IMG/VR virus record: IMGVR_UViG_3300033571_007537
Span: 26,991 to 90,990 of that record
Strand: one strand, 5' to 3'
DNA: 64,000 nucleotides
DNA from: a virus
Below, piece by piece: positions 13,301 to 19,256 of this stretch. The first letter of the stretch is position 1, and the number at the start of each line of letters is the position of its first letter. Position numbers and translations under genes: made by a program. Below the pieces are notes generated by a model, which was not told the origin of the DNA, ran no database searches, and was given only the letters and a program-made list of their open reading frames with translations.

Positions 13301-14016
13301 ATGTGAGAGTCAATCTTTCCAGCGGAGCTACGGATGTATAGACGTACTCCATCACCAGTTCCAGCGAAGCGACCTTCGGAGTCACGAGCTTGAGCCTTAG
13401 CACGTAGGGAACGGGCTAGCTTGGAGTTTCCTCCAGCGTATGGGTTGAAGGCTGCAAGAAGAGCAGAAACCTGTTCGTTGTTTCTAATCTCTGCTGGAAC
13501 CATAGTGCCAGTAGCAGACAGCTTTGCAAAGAGGTAGACACGCTCGGCGCTCTCGGGACGGGCGGCGTAGGCGGACGCAACAAGCGGACGAACGGAGTCA
13601 TCAATACGCGGGTCAGCGGCAATCCAACGCGCACGAGCGTGTCTGATTCCAGCAGCAGTGAGTGAGTGTGGTGCTGTGGAAAGAGGGTTGGTGATTGGGA
13701 GGAGGTCTGTGTTTTTAGTTCCGTTGCGGGTAGCTGTACCCTTAGCAGATAGGTCTAGGAAGTTGGTTACGTCGCGGACTACTAGAAACTTACGGGTGTC
13801 TAGAGGCAGACTTGCGCTAGCTACAAGAGAGCGTTCTGCTACTTCGTAAGCAGTATCAACTGGAATCTGACGTACTGTTGGAGTGCCCTCGTTGTGAGAA
13901 GACACTAGGTCGAAGATTACTTGACGTAAGCCTTTGGTTGGTACGAATGTCTCTGACACAACGATGTCTGAGTCGAGGTTCTCGATTAATGAGTTGAGAA
14001 TGGAGCTCACGCCCAC
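4381..14016 (-). CDS. Giant multidomain head-associated protein (3211 aa) with PI3/4-kinase/HipA-like domain and possible C-terminal ADP-ribosyltransferase-like domain
   Basis: GSNEGG..YAK...NEVLA...DAWLANWD...DNIV...RVDPGG at ~11790-11350 is kinase-like. The C-terminus has H...GGAYVFT...SEVMLK. Located in the head module. Confidence 0.65.
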   Translation of the reverse strand: MGVSSILNSLIENLDSDIVVSETFVPTKGLRQVIFDLVSSHNEGTPTVRQIPVDTAYEVAERSLVASASLPLDTRKFLVVRDVTNFLDLSAKGTATRNGTKNTDLLPITNPLSTAPHSLTAAGIRHARARWIAADPRIDDSVRPLVASAYAARPESAERVYLFAKLSATGTMVPAEIRNNEQVSALLAAFNPYAGGNSKLARSLRAKAQARDSEGRFAGTGDGVRLYIRSSAGKIDSHIGTSLGSGKDPSTVEIEVKNHPELGSGIIVAPADRTQALQGVTPENLLKDSKGQNVDQTRTDFLDVAELLKTKKDVPNGWTEDPNYKKESDSDPDKRYKSEDGYIVDVYNNYSGKKSDPAFKKQAEIDGGAENSGSGLDGKFQKNEPVYVVKRDATIYKGEGETEVVARVQSWGKVQVAANKDTEKFDKAIEDAPDVLEKPAAAETETYSAEDRVAAVAAKSGKNLSKVDAALKSLAGSNLTTPALTQFVGNSDSPITDRIKQIANGGDEEVITAQMMAAALSLPKDLSNLKDALVAVVDATLEVEDKDLKKAKAANSKKNKDEVKAELIKPAAQEKAPSELDKIDEAKPAKAPEVKAVLPETPAEGSKLLENDPDLSIQYGLGIDPYVPLEDKSGFPEGVSDEPQFIADNFNKFALEGGLRIALNRGDSSVRLQMKDEEGNNKGPAYTVEADAVRDALQLQGVDTNKILADLDEVSKTEDAAPTVSKATVAQVTEDASLFADLSGYKKVGEKQGSNEGGTYEDENGNRIYAKVAQSKLHADNEVLAAALYEALGIETAKLRKGILADGTEVVFSPMIEGAKPDLGQKLDDKNFIGKIQEGFAVDAWLANWDVAGTGYDNIVSDANGEPVRVDPGGALLFRAQGAPKGDAFNEEATEIDTLINGKNPYSTAVFGSMTEEQKLESAKALQKISDQQIDQLVNGIVSSDPEKAGVLADLLKLRRKSILDKYDLSTIFVPATTTPKGLESIVSRTGANGGGTIDFVDGSSPAQGFIVAMEPDVALPDGTLTKREEVVEAADFFDAAKGRAILEAFALKNAEKLGEPGFFLGTWHDAENGKVYLDVSEVAATEEEALARADARGELSVYDISTGNYVYTEKGKAQQNGESTSGTEQDSDGPATEEPAGDEPAGTSPVGGDQLPADSGLDAVPAEPEAAGLEEQPYPKLTTEAGEVFEYIPASKLQYGDVAGVDDYVGVVVGVKTGKGVKLGVSKQLTTFSVLNPKTGKIKTYQWSPSTTIAHIRNNKSAGEISTQYQAEYNKKKAEQSAPPSATTPAPTPAAEPTPPLEWKSVVNVGGVSVDEAVDPETGYILRVVYEQNSSSSGGSASKADYVTAQLLDENRNKIAQKSFGSGEATFADGKAAAAQLLVDTKADGQVSKAEPEVVDVPEEELVSEVVETNREVIQINTETTNLDVKIKDVGEGSVINWGLSTATITPTVNNTFDAFVKDAQGNDKKANFKTKEAAEAWVGDVIAEATALEENPITKNPAGEASKGFSVHKGGFLAPATEAQVESIKKMLAAKDITPERKQEIENLLTKEDLNKGEIGVVIGELKQAQSLPEEKLNPALSESSPGVLAVNKVSVGNGEIMEVKTKDGSLFSKDGLNIGAVMPSKSKSGAWTAITQDGDVSTIKLTDYASEAAALDAFGSYHTANGTFAQNPYGNAPEENAPEAETAADQIISDDDNNDLTPKDPTDILDPNLITDQLLKNNPDFEVMPNGDIKIGEATQTMKIGGKIYKYEAYARRTKRERFYVYMKETDLITGEQRVLKIGKEFHSFKALSSRIDKAKTAIDGGNPRGFFNHDKTKIQKYVPIAGAPEVDLTEGLKSYVNSEVGPKTPAELATALSSFFADISNDNYTVSKDVLDKLAADAGLPSSFVDEVIAKMAENKAKSAQSLPDSFFEGKGVPKAPHVSYDGETIVKKGDTVDWTDQKTGKVYRGVVESVIYKHNSKDYLYSDQMLVIFPDLNAEQGYESNRQRWRVSSNLKVAEPSSSLSEPFYPKLKEAMTQENVGTGETPEFVEPTTPPAPTNKTPKPITPSTTEQSSGPSKEDIFNWFGDTPVVTGDSVFNPQNGKSGKVTGNFMAPSGYAGFTIEYNDGTKETIDNETSGSAFNLVQKVDPASAPEPAKTPALQSDATPEIQKSDLGPSFVDVDGVKHPLYDSNNALYSDAILGTNTPRKWSELQSGDLLHVNDEWVHVVSAGYGDDGVFRILTDSIDNDGNHTLKTISLDEKKKMFLDMQTSAVVVPNEPKVPGSVELDKVIDKDTPATQESIDTLVSIANNWDLSTSPDLEKKYNDFIASLLFNTPEQIKQLAVNELVAEINAGIVNSDILAKSDKELTTEDVTGLADSVETSMANTPIGEEVANAATEVKELATELDASKSPAADADPNYDGYPVKKLKFEDVTIKGGKKAPFTSIGKITTNELKVGDVIRRGVGDKTMYRQIVAVGVDGIRGRITTRIIYPTEGNSVYTMSGFQKNQGKLETGTYYSWNSFKIYRPTESNIANGYISTPVSGTPQPLSATAEKVDGLAGFLNAQGVKDVGVNKKSEAGLAQLGLSGEIMGVPYNMLPTNFNPTVVWKEAFDAQKVKTKNDKYVITGAVVTSQDGLSTGIVTDTDKPNATLSVVWLHGPAAGNKENNILSNTVDDTENWVSPEGAKTAGVEVNAEKIQQGKDIIASKIKYVVDTYGPTIEAKKASIANQLAAEKLAKELKAAKAAALVKGSGAQIVDVAPVIGWDESAYPELPSLQTALDESKNKTGLQGVFGQEVLVDADSIEDSTLSIGVVENKGKPATRLTFGLTSWTLDDASTTKPGFLREQIISNPEVKTLPGVKISRITHEEGKISKVYENDYVTSTKTGKGEGKTYVIPIKDSNGNIIGRASIFRANAGTSTPKFVGVNTQGGAEGPLAYHNKVQVQFDDIATPEQIEAALKAVGVQQVRPATTIDTQAMLENKIIALFGDVPDGSENLTGEARQKVLDSVKDNYGFTAADMKPRNERGAVHFMMPKESAEKLTKALNFTNLFHGFAVPTYASDTYSDKAKWVYNEIFGNGSGASRSAADRALHGIYFTPGSGDADINNVGGAYVFTNKTPNETSSGHVGDMRDLKFDIDSQKVIARLGLYGNPNDKWGKLEGSQFSTLSSESLSEVMLKGEVLYEDLNVIRVREKPLLTEILQYFQDQGVTEINGKPLNKFFIFGK

Positions 14017-14141
14017 ACCTTCCTGCTATACGTATAAAAGATTGCGTCATTACGATTTAATAAGCTTAGGAAGATTTTATCCTATTATTTAGCCAATGAT
14101 TCCGCTTTTTGCGCAAAAAGATACGCTAGACACAAAAACTA

Positions 14142-14333
14142 TTATAGCTCGTCATCAATCTTCTGATTAATGGAAAAGTCAGTTATTTTGCTGACATCAT
14201 GGTGGATTGCAGCAGTGACTGGTTTCACTTCTGGTTTTGGTTCTGGCTTCTTTTTCTTAACAAGGTCTTCCAAATTATAAACTTGGTACTCGTCATCACC
14301 AGAGGTGAATCTATCTAGGCGGTCTTTGTCCAT
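14142..14333 (-). CDS. Small protein translationally coupled to the ART gene
   Basis: 63 aa; ATG overlaps the upstream stop (TAATG). Confidence 0.6.
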   Translation of the reverse strand: MDKDRLDRFTSGDDEYQVYNLEDLVKKKKPEPKPEVKPVTAAIHHDVSKITDFSINQKIDDEL

Positions 14334-17300
14334 TAGCTAATCCTTTCAAATACTGCGTAACCATCTGAATCCCAGCCCAAGAACCTTAGGGCAGTGTTAC
14401 GTGGGAGAAGGTATTCGTCCTCTGTATCATACCAGCTAATGGTGCTTAGGTCAATTCCGCTGGTGTTGTTAGGCATGACAATACGCATCGGGATTTGGTT
14501 AACATCTCCTGTACTTATGTCAATATCGCGGGCCTCATCAGAAAATACTTTGGTATGAGATGTTGATGAATAAGCTCTGTCAATAAGAACTTGCCCCGGT
14601 TGAGGGTTTAGTCTCTCCCAAGTAGATAGCTTCAACATTCTATAAACAGTCGACCCCGGCGGTAAATGAGCACTGAGAGTCATAGCTTCGTCAATGTCTT
14701 TAACTTGCTTTGAGTTTTCCATATCTGGGTCAGCATCACGCAATCCATTGTTAATTAGTAGCGAGCTGTCAACGTAGGTAAAGGCAGATTCACCAACGGA
14801 AGTGAGTGCATCGAAGTCAGCATCCTGTGGAGGTAGTGGCTTGTAGTTCGGGTCCTTCGTTAAAACTTCAAGAGTCTTTTTACGTAAAGCATCACGGTCT
14901 TTTTTGCTTGGGTCCTTACCTATTTTAGAAAGCGCGTCAGCTTCAGGAGAACTTGGGACAGCAATAAATCCGTTTATATAAACTGGCTTATCTTTATTGA
15001 GGGTGTTGTAGACAGGCTCGTTGACTTCTACCTCTGGCATAGGCAGCTTACTGCGGTCTACCTTAACTTTTTCTTTTGGCTTTACTTTAGGTAGAGGCTT
15101 GATTGGAGTTGGGATTGGGGCTTTAGGTTTAGGGGCATCTACTTTAGGTCTTACTGTTAGGTGTAGACCCTCAACTCCATTAGAGCCAATAGGTTTTCTT
15201 TCAGCGGAGACAACCTCAAACTTGGCGTTTCTAGCTAAAAGGACTTCCTCTTCATCGCCATAGCCTCCATCGATATCTAAGATGTCAATGTCTAATCCGC
15301 TACTACCTTTAGGCATATCGAACTGTACAACTACAGGAACCTTGCCCTCAACGTCAGTAGCAAATCTCTCGGCTATGGCAGGGTCTTTACTGGTAGAAGA
15401 AAATGTAGAGAAAGACCAAGTGCTACCCTCCGTGGTCCTGCTAGCAAACTCTTCAAATTTTTCTGGCGAGATGCGAATACCGCGATGGACAGAAGTGTCT
15501 GTCTCAAATTTAGTATTGGCAATAGCAGAGTCCAAACCTTCAATGGCTTTAATTGCGTCTATCTGGTCCTTTGTTAGACCATCTAGGTCGACATCGGAGT
15601 CTTTGCCATTAACTGCGTCGATATAGCTTTGAATAGGTTTATCTTTTAGAGCCAGTATTGTTTCGTTGATTTTGTCTTCGAAAATATAGTTGTAAATCGA
15701 AGACATCTCTTTACTGGAGTAGTTAGCTTGAAGTGCTTGGTCTGGCTGTGGCTTTTGTGGAACTATTGGTTCTGGTTCTGGGTCTGTGGCTTCTGAAGTT
15801 GCATTAACGGCGTAGTCATCAACGGTGGCACGCTTAGGCTCTTGCTCGATGATTTCGACGTCAACGATTCTTGTGCCTTCAACTGTGTTGATTCCAGTAA
15901 CTCTGTATTTAGTGTTTGGCGGAAGAAGAACTTCCTGCTCCTGCGAACCATAGCTGGAGACGTTGTCTGGAATCTTAAAACCCTTTTGACCCTTACGTGC
16001 TACAACTCTGAATAGTGCACGACCGACTGTTCCTGTGAGGTCCATGTCTGTATAGAAAGCTGCCCGCTGTCTGTCAGTTGTGTTTGAGGCGATTCCTCGG
16101 TCGACATACTCGTCGCCTACTTTTAGATTCAACAACTCTTCCCATTGGTTGGCATCTTCCTCGGGATATGCCCTACCTCTGTAGATTAGAGTGTCTACTT
16201 TTACTTCACTATCGTCAATCAAATCAAGAAGTACTTGGATTCCCTTTTTTGACTTTTCTGTTACATCTTCTCCAGCTCGTAAGAACTTAGTTGCTTGTTC
16301 GTAGCCAGTGTCAGTAAACCATTCAAGAACGTTCTCTTGTCTATCAGTTAGGTCTGGATTCTCGGTGAATGGGTCGTTGAATGAATTCGTGCCTTCGACC
16401 TCTGGTTCGTCGGCGAAGTAGTTGTCTAGTTCTTTGAATTCCTGAGGTTGTACTTCAGGTGTGGCTTCGGGTGTAGGAGGGTCTAACTCAATCCAAATAT
16501 GGGCTTGCCCATCGATAGGCTCTGCCTTAACTACTGTATACGAGAGACCGTGAGGCATCAAGAACTCGCGCTCCTCGAAACCTAAAGTCACGCCATGAGA
16601 ACCTGCTGGAGCTAAGACATGTAATTGGAATTTCATCTCTTTGCCGTACCTGTTTTTTAGAGGTTTACCAGCAGACAGCTCAGTAGTCGTAGATAAAAAT
16701 CCTTTGCTTTCCCACTTTTCACCGACTATAGATTCTAAAGACCTAACCTCTTTATCCCCCGAATCAGTAGATTTCTCTAGCTTGTACGTACCGTCTTCTT
16801 GCTGGACAAAATCATAACCTCCCCAAGTGGTCTGAGACCTTAAGAAAGACATTGGTTCAGGCAAAGTAGTAGACATAGCATGTTCTTGTAAAGCATCAAT
16901 TTGTGCTTTAATCTCGTCATCGACATCAGCTACATTGCCTCTTAGATAGTCATTCATGTAATTAAAGCCCATACCAGTGTATTCGTCAATCGCGTCATTT
17001 AAGACGTCGCTATACTCGTCCTCGTCTGTCTCATCGAGTCTAATCACTTCACCGTACTCTGACGGCTTATATCCGTCAGTGACATCTGGTGTGGCAGTTT
17101 CTTTTATATCAGCTGGAAGCTCATCTGTGCGGCTACGGTGAACCATGAAAGGCTGACCAGAAAGTTCTTGGAAAACAGAAAGCATCTTGAGGGTGTTGTC
17201 TGTCTTATCGTTCTTGAAAGACGCTGGGTCACCATTTCCATAGCCAGCTGGAGCCAAGGACCCATCCATGCCACCAATTCGTGTAATGTCTAGACCAACC

Positions 17301-18691
17301 TTGCCGTCACCAACATCAACAAACAATCTCTTGATGTCGCTAAAACCCAGTGACTCGTCAGACGCTTTGTATTCGTCGTAAGCACCTTCGCCATAAAGCT
17401 CGTCAAACTTTGCTTTGATGTCAGCGGCAGTCTTACCATGCTTCCCGAGGAACTCGGCTGCATCGTTACCTAGAGGGTCAACTGGTAGTAGGTCGAACTG
17501 TCCTGCCAAAGCGTAGTGGCGATACGGAGTGCTACCAGTAGACCTGCCAACACCATCTTGATACTTCTCAAGCCAAGGGGCTAGTTCAGGTTGTGCCAAA
17601 TCTCCAACGCGACGTACACGGTCAGGTTGTGAAGTTACGCCACGACCAATGACAACTCCGAACTCGTCTTCAAGTTGGCTGTAGCCAATCATTCCAAAAA
17701 CTTCGTCTGGCTTAACGTCGATTTCGTAACGTCCGTTGCCGTTGATGTTCGGTGCTTGGCTGTTGTAGTCATAAGCAAAGTCAGCGTTGGTTGTAACGTA
17801 ACCTAGTGCTGATTCCTCTGGGGTGCCCTTTTGGTTTGTAGCGTTGCGATAAAAGGTAATCTTGCCATCAGGGTTCATGTTCAAGACACGCTCTGCGTAA
17901 GCCTTGTTGATGTCCTTCATTTCCTGAGGGATTTCATCAAGACTGTTAGGAGACTGACTCATCTGTCCGACAGAGAGTTCTTTTACTCTGCCCCAGAAGT
18001 CTTCAAAGGTTGGATACTTTTCTTTCCAACTCGGGTCTTGGTTCTTTAGGTTTTCGTAGACAAGGTTGTAGTCTTCCTTAGCACCCTTAGCAATGTCTGA
18101 CTCTTCTCCCCAGAAGTTGGTGTTCGTCTGACGAGGAACTGGGAATCGCCCCTCTTCTTTAAGATTCTGAGTAACTGTAGAAAGTTTACGTTCCTGAACC
18201 TCGCTACCAGAAAGATTTTCTTTTCTTTCGGTTACTGGTTTAGCGACACCCAATTCCTTAGGCTCGTACTTGATTGACCCGATGTCTTGAATTGCTGCCT
18301 CGTCGCGAGCACTTACTTCATTGCCCTCGTAATCCTTACCCGGTTGGATTCCCATGCGGTCAAGGTCTTCTTGCTTGAGGGTAGCAATTACAGTTGAGCC
18401 ATTGTCAGAACTTACGTAGTAGTAGCCATCTGGAACGTTCGGGTCGCCCTGAACATAAACTCTTCCGAAAACGGAGTCGTTGCTTCCTTCAAACTTGCCA
18501 ATAACATTTACAACTCGTCCGTCTGCAAGACGTACTTTGAATTTAATTGACCTACCCATATCAACGAACCGCTTATAGCGGTCACGCCATTGTCTACGCC
18601 AGAAGCCCTTGTTGGCTCCTTCGTTACCGATAACGGCAACTAGAGCGGTGCTCTGCGGCTTAGGTATGCTAAAGGACGTTATGTGACGCAT
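14333..18691 (-). CDS. Multi-domain ADP-ribosyltransferase (four VIP2/Alt-like R-S-E domains, possibly a fifth divergent one)
   Basis: Repeated R / STS-like / ExE motif sets: FLRSQ-GFLSTT-EEREFL; IYRG-IASNTT-QEQEVLL; VHRG-FSSTS-DEEEVLL; VYRM-YSSTS-TEDEYLL. Confidence 0.85.
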   Translation of the reverse strand: MRHITSFSIPKPQSTALVAVIGNEGANKGFWRRQWRDRYKRFVDMGRSIKFKVRLADGRVVNVIGKFEGSNDSVFGRVYVQGDPNVPDGYYYVSSDNGSTVIATLKQEDLDRMGIQPGKDYEGNEVSARDEAAIQDIGSIKYEPKELGVAKPVTERKENLSGSEVQERKLSTVTQNLKEEGRFPVPRQTNTNFWGEESDIAKGAKEDYNLVYENLKNQDPSWKEKYPTFEDFWGRVKELSVGQMSQSPNSLDEIPQEMKDINKAYAERVLNMNPDGKITFYRNATNQKGTPEESALGYVTTNADFAYDYNSQAPNINGNGRYEIDVKPDEVFGMIGYSQLEDEFGVVIGRGVTSQPDRVRRVGDLAQPELAPWLEKYQDGVGRSTGSTPYRHYALAGQFDLLPVDPLGNDAAEFLGKHGKTAADIKAKFDELYGEGAYDEYKASDESLGFSDIKRLFVDVGDGKVGLDITRIGGMDGSLAPAGYGNGDPASFKNDKTDNTLKMLSVFQELSGQPFMVHRSRTDELPADIKETATPDVTDGYKPSEYGEVIRLDETDEDEYSDVLNDAIDEYTGMGFNYMNDYLRGNVADVDDEIKAQIDALQEHAMSTTLPEPMSFLRSQTTWGGYDFVQQEDGTYKLEKSTDSGDKEVRSLESIVGEKWESKGFLSTTTELSAGKPLKNRYGKEMKFQLHVLAPAGSHGVTLGFEEREFLMPHGLSYTVVKAEPIDGQAHIWIELDPPTPEATPEVQPQEFKELDNYFADEPEVEGTNSFNDPFTENPDLTDRQENVLEWFTDTGYEQATKFLRAGEDVTEKSKKGIQVLLDLIDDSEVKVDTLIYRGRAYPEEDANQWEELLNLKVGDEYVDRGIASNTTDRQRAAFYTDMDLTGTVGRALFRVVARKGQKGFKIPDNVSSYGSQEQEVLLPPNTKYRVTGINTVEGTRIVDVEIIEQEPKRATVDDYAVNATSEATDPEPEPIVPQKPQPDQALQANYSSKEMSSIYNYIFEDKINETILALKDKPIQSYIDAVNGKDSDVDLDGLTKDQIDAIKAIEGLDSAIANTKFETDTSVHRGIRISPEKFEEFASRTTEGSTWSFSTFSSTSKDPAIAERFATDVEGKVPVVVQFDMPKGSSGLDIDILDIDGGYGDEEEVLLARNAKFEVVSAERKPIGSNGVEGLHLTVRPKVDAPKPKAPIPTPIKPLPKVKPKEKVKVDRSKLPMPEVEVNEPVYNTLNKDKPVYINGFIAVPSSPEADALSKIGKDPSKKDRDALRKKTLEVLTKDPNYKPLPPQDADFDALTSVGESAFTYVDSSLLINNGLRDADPDMENSKQVKDIDEAMTLSAHLPPGSTVYRMLKLSTWERLNPQPGQVLIDRAYSSTSHTKVFSDEARDIDISTGDVNQIPMRIVMPNNTSGIDLSTISWYDTEDEYLLPRNTALRFLGWDSDGYAVFERIS

Positions 18692-18718
18692 GACCAGCGT
18701 CCCTACTTTCTGTAAGGA

Positions 18719-19246
18719 CTAGGCGCTGTACTCGTCTACAACAACTGGGTTAGAGATTGCCTGCTTAAGTTCTGAAACACTCATGCCTAAGCTTGCAGCA
18801 ACATACCACATGTGCTTCTTTAGCTTGTCATCGCGACCTGCTAAGAAGTCAGCAATGCCCTGCTCGTTGCAGTCGTTAGCGATTGAGAACGCACGTAGGT
18901 TACACGCAATAATCTGTACTAGGTGTCCAGCCAAGTCCATCAACATTGTTTCTGGAGCTGCTGATGAAACGCGAACTGCCTTAACAGATGTAAGTGCTAG
19001 GAAGTCTTCTAGTAGGTATGGTGCATCAAAACCTAGCTTAAGAATGTTCTCAGCTGTTGGGTCAATGCTGTCTTCGATGTCTTCGTAGATTCCTGCGAAG
19101 AAAGCGTGGTACTCAGAAAAGTCTGAGCCCTTTACGTTCCAGTGGAACCCCTGAACAACCTTGCTCAGTACTACTGCATCGGCTAGTACTTCTGCCAGTG
19201 CACCTGCAAGAGCTTCGTGCTTTGCATCCTTGTTAATTGGGTACAT
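18719..19246 (-). CDS. dps: Dps / ferritin-like DNA-protection protein
   Basis: FHWNVKG.DFSEYH..F...YE...D..AE ferroxidase motif. Start reassigned to MYPINK after an AAGGAAA RBS. Confidence 0.9.
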   Translation of the reverse strand: MYPINKDAKHEALAGALAEVLADAVVLSKVVQGFHWNVKGSDFSEYHAFFAGIYEDIEDSIDPTAENILKLGFDAPYLLEDFLALTSVKAVRVSSAAPETMLMDLAGHLVQIIACNLRAFSIANDCNEQGIADFLAGRDDKLKKHMWYVAASLGMSVSELKQAISNPVVVDEYSA

Positions 19247-19256
19247 TTTTATTTCC

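Noticed and set aside
330-18049. Numerous short plus-strand and alternate-frame ORFs over the head module
   Set aside because: Shadow ORFs antisense to or overlapping long, motif-bearing genes.
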